DNA of 64,000 nt from the NCBI RefSeq assembly GCF_006345805.1, contig NC_042998.1:133300001-133364000 (forward strand), in the 5' to 3' direction. Below the pieces are notes generated by a model. That model did no database searches. It was not told where the DNA came from and saw nothing but the letters and a program-made list of their open reading frames with translations. The stretch comes from Octopus sinensis. Its lineage: Eukaryota. A program made the translations under genes and the position numbers. Shown one piece after another: positions 1 through 12,780 of this stretch (position 1 is the stretch's first letter; each line of letters starts with the position of its first letter).

Positions 1-304
1 CATTCATTTATAATTCAACGTGGTGTAAGAGTTTCTAAAAATTGATTGAACAGTTTTATTGCACAACCAATAGTCATTTAAGTGAGATAAAATGTGAACT
101 AATTATTCGATGACAGATCGTTATTGGTATTAAAGTTTTAATTAGGTTGCTTTGCATAAAATGCAATATCACATACACACATATATACACCATGTGATGA
201 TCTGGGTGATAATCATAATGATCACGGATACGAATTTGAGTGCAGAGGTGTATCCGATTATAGTGAGTCCAGTAATTTATATAATGATTTCCAATATTGT
301 CACG

Positions 305-490
305 GATCAAGGCGTCTTCCTGGCAGAATTGACAGCATGCCGAACAAAATGCTGCCAAGCATTTTGTCCGTCTTTACGTTCTAAGTTCAAATTCTGCCGA
401 GGTCGAATTTGTCTTTCATCCTCTCCAGAACGATACAATAAGTACCAGATGAACACTGGAGTTGATATCATCGGCTTAACCGCTACTTGG
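305..490 (+). mobile_element. Degenerate SINE family A copy
   Basis: Diverged match to the family A body (ctggcagaa...gttctaagttcaaattctgccgaggtcga...ctttcatcc...aagtaccag) seen in many other copies here. Confidence 0.7.
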
Positions 491-976
491 TGTGAGCCGG
501 GTGCCAAGATTTGAAAACAATATTGACATAGGTTCTCCAATATAAGCGAAATGGTGTAATTAACTTTAGTACTTCACTGGGGTTCATTTTAAGTTGGAAT
601 TTCAAGCCAAAAGCTCTTGTGGCTATATATTTATTTGAACGTAGAACGTAAGGTTCGAAACTGCATTAATCAAAGTTTGGTAAACTACGAATCTGTCATC
701 CATTGCTCTTCTATGTACACAGGAATGTTTTCTGATAATGTAGCAAACATTAGAAACTTCAATAATAATGCTGCGTACACAGATACTTATGTACGCACCC
801 TTACATATATCATTTCACTTGTTTCAATCATTTGATTGTTGGAGCATTGCCTCAGGGACTTTTACTCAATCATAGCAACTCGAATACACGGACACAGACA
901 AAAGCACACAAATACACGTATACATACATATACATATACATACGTACGTACATACATACATACATACATACATACA

Positions 977-1007
<31 letters not shown>

Positions 1008-1009
<2 letters not shown>

Positions 1010-1016
1010 GATAGAT

Positions 1017-1097
<81 letters not shown>
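1008..1097 (+). repeat. (GATA)n microsatellite
   Basis: Direct reading. Confidence 0.95.
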
Positions 1098-1144
1098 CGT
1101 TAGTCACTACACACATTTTTTCTCTCCTTGATTTTTCTGTGTAC

Positions 1145-1185
1145 CTTTCTGTAGAAGAGCGTAGGCTCGAAACGTAAAAACTTTT
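1145..1185 (+). ncRNA. Decayed minimal hammerhead ribozyme motif (PLE-type)
   Basis: tagaa-GAGC gtag GCTC-GAAAC-GT-A: stem II, GAAAC and ACGT palindrome are present, but the CUGANGA core is mutated (TAGAAGA). Confidence 0.55.
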
Positions 1186-1266
1186 TTCTACTCCTGAGCG
1201 CTATACTAATACATCTGTTTGTTTTGTACATCACCTGTCTTCATCTTTTTTTTTTTGCGTAAACTT

Positions 1267-1297
<31 letters not shown>

Positions 1298-1356
1298 ATT
1301 ATATATATATATATAATATATTATATATATATATATAATATATATATATTATATGT

Positions 1357-1401
<45 letters not shown>

Positions 1402-1661
1402 CTGAGTCTTTGAGTGTATATATATTTATCTAAGTGTATTCAAAATTTGCTTTTTCGATTTATTTATTTCATATAGACATTGATCATAGCTCCAAATAGT
1501 TCGCAATTAGTGTTTAGCGCACTCTCAGTGAATAAATGCCTCGATTAGATAAGTTGTACTTTCTTGGGTTCATAGCTTCATGTGTCTAGTTACTACACAT
1601 ACATAGATGCACGCACATAATACGAATGTATATGTTTGTACGTATGCATGTATGTATGTAC

Positions 1662-1699
<38 letters not shown>

Positions 1700-1708
1700 G
1701 TATATATG

Positions 1709-1753
<45 letters not shown>

Positions 1754-2589
1754 AGTCATTAAAAGACAGCGATACTGTGTCAAAGACTCAAATTGCATAC
1801 CTGTTAGGCGAACTTACTGACATCAATCCATTACGTTCGCTAGCTAATATGACCGACATATTCAAACAGCTACAACGTAAGCAGAACCCCATCTATTCCA
1901 TATAGAATAAAATTTAATTATGTGCATTTTTCAAAACCAGAAACCTAAAGAAAAACAAACAAGGCAAAAGTAAAAGAAAAAAAAAGATCTCCTGGTTACA
2001 TATGATTTACTTAGTTTTGTGATTTTTTTTCCTTTATAATTTCTCTTGTCATATTTCAATTACAGTTTCATTAAGTGTAAGATTTCTGGAGACAAACTGG
2101 TGTCATCGTATTTTGTGCATATGGCATTACGCACATATACACACAGGAACCTTTACACACACACACATGGACACACACACACACGCACACACACACATAC
2201 ACGCACACGTGTCAGTATTTCAGCTTCTCGCTCTATTTCCCTCTCGTTATGTCAATTCTCCCTCCTCTCCCTCCCTCTTTGTCTTTTAGATTCCATCTCA
2301 TTCTCACTCCTTCTCTCTCCCTCCACTCTCTCTGTGTCTCTAATAAATATATTTTCATCTCTTTCTCTCTCACACTTCATCTCCTTCAACTATGCTCTTT
2401 CCTTCATTCTACTTATCTCAGGAGTTATGCTTCCCTCTATCTCATGTTCTTTCCCCACCCCTATCTCATTCTCCCTTTTATCTGTTACGTGCTCTCCCCT
2501 TCACTCTCTTTCCTCCTTATTTTTGTTTTTTGGGTTTTTTTTTGTCTCTTACGTTGTTTCATAATCAATATATACATTTAATGAAGACG

Positions 2590-2760
2590 ATGAACTGGCA
2601 GAATCGGTAGCACAGCGGGCAAAATGCTTAGTAGTATTTCGTCAGGCTTCATATTCTATGTTCTAATTCTGCCACGGTCGACTTTGCCTTTCATTCTTTC
2701 TGGGTCAATAAAATAAGCACCGGAGTTGGCGTAATTAACATATCCCCTCCCACGTGATTG
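2590..2760 (+). mobile_element. Degenerate SINE family A copy
   Basis: gaactggcagaatcggtagcac...gtcgactttgcctttcattctttc...aataagcacc. Confidence 0.75.
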
Positions 2761-2907
2761 TTGTCCTTGAGCCAAAATTTAAAATCATTTTATATATATA
2801 ATTAAACCCTTTATTTTCTTTAAATTTTTCTTTTCCATATCAGTTTTACTTTTTCTTTCTTATTCTTGCACTCTATCTACCCATTACTTCCTTCCTCTCT
2901 CTCTCTC

Positions 2908-2954
<47 letters not shown>

Positions 2955-4061
2955 TCTTTCTCTCTTTTACCCCATTTTTATACGAATACTTCTCTCTCCT
3001 ACATTATATTGCCCTCTTCAATATCTTTCTCCCAATTCTCTGTTACTCACTGATTTTCTTTCACTCACTCTCTCTCTGATTCCAGTCTTTCTCTTGTATC
3101 TCCTTTTCTCTCTTCACCTATTCTCTCAGATTCCTCATTTTTCACTCACTGCCGTTACTCGTGCTCTTCCCATCACCTTCTTTGATTCCTTATTATCGTT
3201 TCCATCATCCTACCCTCCCTTTTCATTTCGTCTTCTCTATCTCCTCCTTTCTTAATCTTATTTCTTTTCTACGCTCTCCCCAATTAACAATATTTTAAAT
3301 ACTTTATTTCTAAACCCCCTCCCTCTTTTCTCACTCTCTCTTTCTCTCTTTATCTTTCTCTCTCTCTCCACACACATACGCACACACACAACACACACAT
3401 TAACACACACATGATATGTGCAAGTGCGTGCGTTCAGTAACCTTGTTCTCATTTATTGTATCACATGGTAAACAACACCATTCTGGACTTCTGAAAGTTA
3501 AACGTTGATATTAATGCAATAACCCATAGCTGGCAATTCTTTATGCAGTTTCTTTAATCAGTCAGTCACTCTCGATCAATCATTTTATGAATGCGAATTT
3601 TTCTCTCTCTGTCTGGCATCCTATGTATATTTGCTTCCTAATTATGTATCTACGTATTTACCGTAACTATCTACGCCTAAGTCTGATCTGCGTCTGCATA
3701 TGTATGTGCCATGTTATGTATGTAGGTGTGTGCGTATCAGTGTGTATGTGCGTGAGTCTGTGCGCGTGTGTGTATGTGTGTGTAAGTGGACGCGAGTGTG
3801 TGTGTGTGTGTGCGCGCGCGTTTAGCTGGTCAAAATATCTCATTAACTTATTTTCTGTAAATTCAAGCATCTATGTACCCATGTTGGTAACGCAGACTAC
3901 ACTCACACACATAGAAACAAATGTAATCTTATTAACCGTGGACAGGAATTAGCGATATGCTGTAAACATTTTTATAATGAACCCTTCAGGAGGTTCCCTA
4001 GATAACTTAGTGACATTACGGAGGGGGAACACTAAGCAGTAATAAGTGAAATTACGATGTT

Positions 4062-4260
4062 ATTATAAGTCCGAATATATTTGATGTACGGTCTAACTGG
4101 TGAACAAGCTACTCACTGCGTTTTGTCACGGAGAATATATCTCAGGGAATAAGGAGAATATATGGAGAATATGGAGAGAAATATGTATTATCCGTGACAA
4201 AACGCAGTGAGACGCTTGTTCCCTAGTTTGAACGTGGATCAAGCGTATTCTGACTAATAG
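4062..4260. repeat. Imperfect inverted repeat (MITE-like foldback)
   Basis: aactggtgaacaagctactcactgcgttttgtcacgga pairs with tccgtgacaaaacgcagtgagacgcttgttccctagtt; weaker pairing extends about 30 bp outward. Confidence 0.75.
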
Positions 4261-5335
4261 CATTGGACTTAGTGAAAAACATAGGTCAGGATGGTTATGA
4301 TATGATGCCTAAGAGATCAATGTGAATTACCTAATACTTTATATATATATCGTTGCTATTATGCAAAAGTTTCGTAAGTGCAAAACGTTGCTTTTTCAGA
4401 AAGCGAAAAAATAGTTTCACCATTCCGTAGCAAAACCGTTGTACTACACTTTGATAAGTTTTGATGTCTTCGTATGTGAAGCAGCTGGAGATAAGATAGT
4501 TTGATCAAGAGAACCGGCTATTGCAAACAAAAATAAATATTGAAAAAAACCCACTCGGCCAACTTTGGGCATACGATAGTTTAACATAATACCAACTTTG
4601 GATATACGATAGTTTAACATAATAGCATATATATGTATATGGACTTTTAGTTTCGTTTTATTTCGTTAAATTTTAAAATCTTAAAATTTAAAAGATGTTA
4701 TATTTTATTTTAATTGTTTTCTATTTACTTATTTACTATTATCATTTTTTATATATGTATATATATTATTTAACTTTTATTTTATGTATTTTTACAATTT
4801 CTTTTAATTTTTAATTTTTTTAATTTGTATTTTTATTTCATTATTGTTATTTTTAATTTTTATTGTTTTATTATTATATTATTATTGCTTTTTCATGAAT
4901 ATGTTTTATTATTTTGTAGTTATTTTATCAATAATATCATTGTTATTGGTGCTGTTAATGTTGATGCTGTCTTCCTCATCATTATTGTTTGAGTATCACT
5001 TATTCTTTCGTAAAATTATTTTAATTATTTTAATCTTGAGTTTGCTTTAATATTAAATTTAGATTTTAAACTTTAGTTCAAATTTTAATCCGTAATCTAT
5101 TTAATGGTATAAAATTTCAAAACTCATGTAATGTGGTTAATTTCAATAACTCAACTTGATTTATCTCATTTCAACCTCACATCTCTCAATCTAACCAGAG
5201 CTTTCTCACCCTCTACATCACAAAATAATTACTACTGATAATTCATTCATTTCCTAAAACAATTCCATTCTATGCTTGATAGCACCAATGACCAAATATT
5301 AAAGACTTTGGTTGACCATGTGTATAAATGACCAA

Positions 5336-5625
5336 TACTCTTTTACTCTTTCACTTGTTCCAGTCATTTGACTGCGGACATGCTGAAGCACCACCTTTAA
5401 TCGGTCTCTTTTGCCGAACCGCTAAGTTACGGAGATGTAAACACACCACCATCGGTTGTCAAGCGATGTTGGGGGGACGAACACAAACACACATACATAT
5501 ACAGACATATATACGACGGGCTTCTTTCAATTTCCAACACTTGCCCAAGGTGCCATGCAGTGGGAATGAACCCGGAATCATGTGGTTGGTAAGTAAGCTA
5601 CTTACCACACAGCCACTCCTGCGCC
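5336..5625 (-). mobile_element. SINE family B copy, internally shortened (tRNA-like head, CORE-like ccttgggcaagtg, tail ending in aaaagag repeats)
   Basis: Reverse complement of gcgcaggagtggctgtgtggtaag...caccttgggcaagtg and of ggtgctccagcatggccgcagtcaaatgactg. Confidence 0.85.
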
Positions 5626-6136
5626 ATTATTAAATTTCTTCACAACATTTGGAGAATATCTAACCTAAAAGCAATGCTAATGTGTTTATGTGTGTTGACC
5701 TGTCCTTTTCCAGAATTTTGACCATCTTATACCTGTGATTTTATTAAGTGACTGCTTCCTCTATCCTATCCTTACTTCTCTTCACCCCTTTGTAACCTGT
5801 CTTCCTCTTTTTCTCTATTCTACTTGCATTTTTCCATATTTCCTCTCTTCCCCATACACACGCCATTCCATCAGTGTTCTGTTTTGTTAAAACCAGAATT
5901 GGCTCCGACAAAAGTAGCATTAATATGTTTAAGTCGTTCAATTATTTTTTAGACCGATTCAGTAAACCTATCACTAATGTACCTATAATGACTACTGGAA
6001 ACAGCTGTAAGCCACATTTGCTCCAATAAATGAAAATTATGTCATGACCATTTTATACAACTTGTCTTTTATATGTATGTATGTATATATATATATGAAT
6101 AAACAAATGGAGTTTAACGCAGGTATAAATCAAATA

Positions 6137-6232
6137 TTTTTACTTTCGACACATGTTTCGAAAATTCCACTGATATTATTCAAAAGAATAAATGGTATAA
6201 ACAATGCAATCTTCTCTTCAGGAAAGTGAAAA
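6137..6232 (-). ncRNA. Type I hammerhead ribozyme, canonical core
   Basis: Minus strand: ttttcactttc CUGAAGA gaagattgcattg...cagtggaattttc GAAAC atgt GUC gaaagtaaaaa. Stems I and II pair and the cleavage triplet is GUC. Confidence 0.8.
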
Positions 6233-6529
6233 AACGAAACTTGTCAATAAGACATTTTAGCAAAAAATAATGGATTTGTATAGTGATTAACTGAACGCTA
6301 TTAATATTGTTTGAAAAAACGTTATATGATATAACGTCAGAAGTAGCTTGCAGAAAGAGTAAGGATATTAATAGTGAATGTTAAATATAACGGAAATTAA
6401 TGTTTAAATTATATATAATGATAGAGACTACTTATATGCACTAAAGGTTTGGTTTTGCCAAAGTTTACATCTGTATGCTCGCTCTATAACGTGTTAATTA
6501 ACAAGGCAAAAATACACTCATCTATGATA

Positions 6530-6618
<89 letters not shown>

Positions 6619-6677
6619 TATATATATGAAAAAGCAAGTCAGGATAGAAAATGCTAAATTAATTTTATAAAGAACAT

Positions 6678-6716
6678 TTCAGTACCGGTTCCAGTCATTG
6701 AGACTTTTTCAACTGT
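6678..6716 (-). ncRNA. Decayed hammerhead motif
   Basis: Minus strand: cag ttgaaaa AGTC tcaat GACT ggaa ACCGGT a ctg. Stem II and the palindrome are kept; the core is mutated. Confidence 0.4.
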
Positions 6717-7077
6717 AACAATTAGATAATTAAATTTAGTAAAAATTAAAAAAAGTTTTTTTAAAAGAATATTTGTATAGTGTTCAAATATAAGTGGCAT
6801 TTTCCTTGTTTCTGCCTGTCTCTGTCTCTCTTGTTTACTCTTGCGGGTTCGAGGTCGTTGTGAATTCTTGGTAAGGATGAAGAAGAAGGAGGTGGAGGAG
6901 GAGGAGAAGGGGAGGAAAAAGACAAAGAATTTGGGAGTGCCATGATTGTAATATTTTGAATGGTCAGTGGAGGCTAGCAGTTGCTGTTCAATTCATGAAA
7001 ATATTTCTATTGAATGTTTTGTTTATAGAATTTGCGTAGGTGTTACACTAAAAAGCATTAGTGATAAAGTTAGGAAG

Positions 7078-7126
7078 GAGAATAATAATAATAATAATAA
7101 AAAATGATAATAAGAAGATGATGATA

Positions 7127-7164
<38 letters not shown>

Positions 7165-7232
7165 GAAGAAGAAGAAGAAGAAGAAGAAGAAGAAGAAGAA
7201 GAAGAAGAAGAAGAAGAAGAAGAAGAAGAAGG
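7078..7232 (+). repeat. Compound (AAT)n(GAT)n(GAA)n microsatellite
   Basis: Direct reading. Confidence 0.95.
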
Positions 7233-7405
7233 GAGAATATGAATGAGTGAAAGTAGTGAGGTGTTGAATGACTTAAAGTAGGCAAGTTATGGATTATAGC
7301 AGTGATTGGGGCTGTTTTTTAATGGATTCTTAGGAATGTAATATTTGCGTGTGTATTTGTGTTATTCTAAGACCGAAGTGGATATGTCGTTTGTCGTAGA
7401 CGCGT

Positions 7406-7708
7406 TCAGAAGGGGCCTGCTTTTGTAATAAAGAGAGTTTCTTTACTAATTCGTTGGCTCCAGGTTGTATCGTCCCTGAATTGGTAGAGGGGAAAATCCT
7501 GAATCTTGGAGTTTTGTTGTTGGCACAATTTATCTATGTGTTGGCTGAATGCTATTTTTCTGTTTTGGGGAATTTTTATCTGGGATCTGTGCAGGGCCAT
7601 TCTTTTACGTAGACTATTTTTTGTTTGGCCTGTGTATTGCTCTTGACACCCATAGCAGGTTAATGTGTATATCAGGTTCTCCGAAGCACATGTGAAGTTG
7701 CTTTTCAC
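7406..7708 (-). pseudogene. Penelope-like element GIY-YIG endonuclease fragment
   Basis: FTCASENLIYTLTCYGCQEQYTGQTKNSLRKRMALHRSQI...RISKETLFI matches the PLE EN pattern FxC...IYxxxCxxCxxxYxGxT..R..EH...E..FI. Confidence 0.85.
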
Positions 7709-7914
7709 TGTGAAACGTTATCCCTGTTTGAAGGAGACTCTGATCCCTGAATTAGATAATCGCATATCCCACAATTGGGTCTTCCACATTTTTTTACTGT
7801 CGGCTTCTGTGTTGTTGAGCGTATTCGGGCTTGTGTTAGGAGACTTTTCATAGATTTGGGCTATAATATATATAAATATATGCATATATACATACATATA
7901 TGTACATACTTACA

Positions 7915-8500
7915 TCTATATGTATATATACATGCATATATGGGTACAGGACATCAAAAAACGTTGAACACAATGAGAAACGGAAACATAAAAACAAAAA
8001 CATGGAAACTAACTTTTTTTCAAACAACGAAAAAACAGAGTACAAGACATACAACACATGAAATATTCCCCTTCTTCAGTTGTCCCTGTTTCGTCTACAC
8101 CGCGGTCGAAGGTAAGGACAAGACGCGACTTCGTTGAAACAGTCCTTCCCGCAAAGCAAATTAAATAAAATTTGGGGATTTTTTCGGAGGGGTAAAAGTG
8201 GTAACAAGAACAGGACAGTAAGACTAAACCAAGACAGTAAAAACAACATAAGTAAAAACAGTAAAAAACAGGACAAAGAGAATAACACAGTAAAAACAAA
8301 CGATGAAGGTTGTTAATCCAAGACGATGGAAAAATTATTTTGAACGCATTAAGAAGACAGATTGTAAGAGGGACAGGATAAGCCGTCTTGTCTCGGTGAA
8401 GAAAGCAGTTGGAAAGATGGCTTCCCTCTGGAACACAATGGGAAACGTTAAACGTTTTTTTGATGTCTTGTATCCATATATACATGTATATATACATATA
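7915..8500. mobile_element. Element with inverted termini, probably PLE-derived
   Basis: 7915-7965 is the reverse complement of 8451-8500; gaacacaatgrgaaacg is directly repeated at 7966 and 8431. Confidence 0.5.
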
Positions 8501-8597
8501 TATATATATATTATGTAGTTATTATGTATATATGCATATATTTCTCTATTATTTATATCATTACATGATCGAACGCCACGCATCCTTTTCCAAGTAT

Positions 8598-8640
<43 letters not shown>

Positions 8641-8861
8641 GTGAAATAGAAAGATGAATAATCTTGTAGTAGATTAATCAAAAGTTTAACCGATACCTTA
8701 GTAGCAAAAATCACAGCAGTAAACAGCACGGTTGGAGGTACAACCATCTGGCGTTGCAACCGTGCGTTGGTGCGGATAATTGAAATTAAAACATTATTGG
8801 TGAATTGAAGAAATGGAGCTGAACGCAGATTGAACAGAAATCGTTTTATTTCATTCTACAC

Positions 8862-9362
8862 GTGTTTCGAAAGGCACAAATTACCAAAATCCGATTGAAT
8901 AACCCAAGACCCGTTATTCATCCGAGAATCACCCACCCGAATGCGAGAGCTGGCGTCCCGACCCATCACACTGATAGGAATAAGCATATATGGTTTGTAA
9001 TCCCCTTTGGTAAGCAGATTAGAACTAACCTCCCCCTCATGTTTAGACAAGCCATCGCCAATAACTTCCCCAGAAATTCCAAATATTACTCCACGGTTAA
9101 CTCACATAAAGTTAGGATAGCTTTCTCCAACACTAAAAACCTCGCCCAGATAATCGCCTCCCATAATAATAGGCTACTTACTAAGACCCTATCACCTTTT
9201 TCCGGAGGCACAGCCTCTTCCGCTCCCGGTTTAATGCTCAGTAGGAATAATTATAGTAGTAATAATGATATGAGAGCCAGTACAGTGACACATAATCTCA
9301 GCTCCAGCCAGGGAGTACCCACTAGGGGTATAGTAGTTATAAATAGGGTGTGTTGTGGTTGA
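8862..9362 (+). CDS. PLE post-RT (thumb/linker) region; the ATG lies in the inverted repeat, so it is not a native start
   Basis: HIWFVIPFGKQIRTNL...FPRNSKYYSTVNSHKVRIAFSNTKNLAQIIASHNNRLL matches the PLE motif IIWFNPPF...TN...FP......N...K.S.S...N...II..HN..L. Confidence 0.75.
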   Translation: MFRKAQITKIRLNNPRPVIHPRITHPNARAGVPTHHTDRNKHIWFVIPFGKQIRTNLPLMFRQAIANNFPRNSKYYSTVNSHKVRIAFSNTKNLAQIIASHNNRLLTKTLSPFSGGTASSAPGLMLSRNNYSSNNDMRASTVTHNLSSSQGVPTRGIVVINRVCCG

Positions 9363-9996
9363 CGGTAACAATGGGAGTAGGGTAGAGAGCCCCATTAGCA
9401 TCCCCAGCATCATTTCCCGCAATAGCAGTACCACGGGCAGTAGCAATGACAGCACTCTGATAGATAGTGGAGAATCAGGGGTTATTCCTATAGTTAATAG
9501 TGACGTAGTGGAAAATAGAGTAGTAAGCGGCTGCAGGTCTCGGAACGAATATAGTGACAGGAACGCAGTTCTAATTTCAGAAACCAATCCTAGCAGATTA
9601 AGATTCACGTCGGCGAACTCCAAGATCAAAAACGCCGTCTACCAATGCAAGGTTTACACGGACTCAGATGCCTTCACTTATGTAGGGGCATCATCCTCAA
9701 GATTGTCTTTGCGTGTCTCCAACCATTACGCAACTTTTCGGGACGTGAACAAGCGCCAGTCCACGGGACTCAGTAAGCTAATATGGCGACTGAAGGATGC
9801 GAACTTAAGCTATAGGCTGGAATGGTCAATTTTGTCGGTGGCCCTCCCATTTGATAGGGGCAGAAGACAGTGCAACCTTTGTGTCTCCGAACTCTTCCAT
9901 ATTTTGTTTGCCAGAGGCCGGATGGTAAACGGGCTCTTACAGTCGGCTTTTCGATGCCCCCATTGGCGGCGTTACACTTATATGGGCTTTAAATAG
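9355..9996 (+). CDS. PLE GIY-YIG endonuclease preceded by a Ser-rich linker (+1 frame relative to the upstream ORF)
   Basis: AVYQC...YVGASSSRLSLRVSNH...LSKLIWRLKD...EWSIL...CNLCVSE...VN...CPH; conserved Y, Y-G, R, H, E and N positions are present. Confidence 0.85.
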   Translation: MVDGNNGSRVESPISIPSIISRNSSTTGSSNDSTLIDSGESGVIPIVNSDVVENRVVSGCRSRNEYSDRNAVLISETNPSRLRFTSANSKIKNAVYQCKVYTDSDAFTYVGASSSRLSLRVSNHYATFRDVNKRQSTGLSKLIWRLKDANLSYRLEWSILSVALPFDRGRRQCNLCVSELFHILFARGRMVNGLLQSAFRCPHWRRYTYMGFK

Positions 9997-10596
9997 CGTT
10001 TATAAATAATACCGGCACCCATAGCCCTTGGTAACAAATTCTGAAATAGCCTTTAAGATATCTACGATTAACCACTGCAAGGGGAATTACTCCTGTAAGA
10101 CAAACGGGGCTTGGTTTTTTCACAGCGGGGGGTTTCCTTGACAAGGCAGGCTTAGATGAACACACACACAATAAAACATAATATATATATATATAATTTT
10201 TTTTTTTTTTCTTTCTGCCACCCAACGGTTATCACGGCAGTAGCCACTGACAGCCGAACGATCAAACGCACACACGTACACAAAAAATGTTTTCTACCCC
10301 TACGCCAACACACACATATATAGAACAGTACTCACACACACACGTCTCTAAGTAGATTTTTTCTCGCCTTATAAAACATCAATATTCTTTAAATAGTCAG
10401 AACTTTATTCTCGGTCACAAAGAACATCTATACACCCTCACCCACATGATTGACCGATGCCTGACCCGTTGAATTCTTCAGCCACCGGTTCTCAACATAC
10501 ACTGATAAACAGTTCGCCATGGGCTCTTAGGAGCACAGTTCGATTTGTTTTTTGCTCCGCCTCTGTTCTGTTTTTGTTTTTCCAACGGATTTCCTT

Positions 10597-10686
10597 TTTT
10601 CTTCCTGAAGAGAAAGACACAATATGGTCCCATTATTCAATCGGATTTTGGTAATTTGTGCCTTTCGAAACACGTGTAGAATGAAA
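10597..10686 (+). ncRNA. Type I hammerhead ribozyme, canonical core, in the PLE 3' repeat
   Basis: tttcttc CUGAAGA gaaagacacaa...ttgtgcctttc GAAAC acgt GUA gaatgaaa; stem III is the palindrome ACACGTGT. Confidence 0.8.
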
Positions 10687-10734
10687 TAAAACGATTTCTG
10701 TTCAATCTGCGTTCAGCTCCATTTCTTCAATTCA

Positions 10735-10785
<51 letters not shown>

Positions 10786-11152
10786 TAAGAGAGACAAACA
10801 TTCGTTAATATGAAATAATGTGTCAATAAATATACATCAATGAATGCACATTTTTTCTTTCATAATAGAGCTATCACTTTATAGGTTATCACATGCATAC
10901 ATTCATGCCACATCCTATTACACTCCTTTCTTTTCTTTTATAATTATTATATCTATACATATGTATACATACACACAAAAAAACATATATGCCCAGAAAT
11001 AAGAATACACACAGGTATAGAGATAATTGTCTGTTTTTATGCATGCAGGTATGTCTATACACACGCATTCATATCTGAATATGTATGCATGCATTATGTA
11101 TGTACATACATATATATATACATATACATACATACACACACATACACACATA

Positions 11153-11247
<95 letters not shown>

Positions 11248-12200
11248 TATATATATACTTTATTTTAAGCAGCAGAAAATTCAACAATTTATATATATAT
11301 ATATATATATATACAATCATATACATACTTGCAGGCACAAACACACGCATATTTATATGTATTTATCTAATGTGCTTAAGATGTATTGTGCTTCATCTAC
11401 TGTCATTATAACAACCTTTCACTGTCTCTGTTCTTTTTTAATCCAATTTCATTCAGTTTTCTTTCTTTAATTCTATTCTATTCGTCTTTTGTCTATCTTA
11501 TTTTATTCAACATATATTCGGCATTGAATGTCTGATAAAATTATTTTAATTAAGCACGAGTGTCTGTTTAAGGAGTCAGTCTGTTTATGCATATGTATAA
11601 TTAGGTATATGTAATTTTGTGGGTATATCAATGTATCATATAACATTTAGCATTAGGATTCTTTTACTAAGATTTAGTGTAACTAGCAAAAAGAAGACTG
11701 GGAGAGTTAGAAAGATAGTAAAGCAAGAGGATTGAAAGGCGATTCAGAAAGAAAAGAGTAGAAGTTAATGATATTGAAATAGAAAAGAGAAAGCATTTGA
11801 AGCGGGAAAAAAACTTGAAATTAAAATGTATGCACACACATACACACATACATACGCGCGTACACATATACATTGACACATACTCAGCCATATGCGTTTA
11901 TATTCCTAAATACAATAAAGCAAACAACTCACGTATATATATGAAATACGCTTGCGTGTGTGTGTGTGTATGTGTGAATGCAAGGCAAGGGCTAGCTAAC
12001 TTTCTCATGTGAAATTAGCAGTTCTTGGAGAAATACAAATATCATCTAATGAAGCAACCAATATGATATACGCTTAGAAGACACAAATTTGCATCTACGT
12101 CTAACTGGACAAATTGCTTTCTCTTTTGTGGAATTCTACTGCCACTCTAGTTTACTAATATCATATATGCATGCGTGCGCGTGCGCTTACACATACACGA

Positions 12201-12259
<59 letters not shown>

Positions 12260-12384
12260 TATATATATATATACGTATGTATATATACATGTGTATATAC
12301 GCGTACATATATTTACGCATATATATATTTACATGTATACACACACACACACACGCACATATATATACGTATATATATATATAA

Positions 12385-12780
12385 ATAGGTGTGGCTGTCT
12401 TGTAAGAAGTTTGCTGCCCAACCACATGTTCTCAAGTTCAGTCCCACTGCGTAGTACCTTGGGGCTTCTATAATCTCGGGCCGAACAAAGCCTTGTGACT
12501 GGATTTTGTAGACGGAAACTGAAAATAGCCCGTCGTATACACGAACACACACACACACACACACACACACATATCTGTGTGCGTCTGCGTGGCAATCGGT
12601 ATTGTTTAGTTTACATCCACGTAACTTAACTGTTCGTGAAAAGAATCCGATAGAATGAGAAACATGCTTAAGAAAAAGAATGCTGGGGTCAATTCGTTCA
12701 AGTGAAACTTCTCAAGACAATGCTCCTGCATGGCCGTAGTCTAATGACCGAAAAAAGTGGAATATAAAAGATAAAGATAT
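12385..12780 (+). mobile_element. SINE family B copy with internal (CA)n
   Basis: gtggctgtcttgtaagaag...ttcagtcccactgcgtagtaccttgggg...gacggaaactgaaa...tgctcctgcatggccgtagtctaatgac. Confidence 0.8.

Larger units (their letters stand above)
8799..10736 (+). mobile_element. 5'-truncated Penelope-like element with inverted pseudo-LTR fragment
   Basis: Identical 104-bp inverted repeats (8799-8902 and 10633-10736), PLE thumb and GIY-YIG coding sequence between them, and a hammerhead in the 3' repeat region. Confidence 0.85.
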
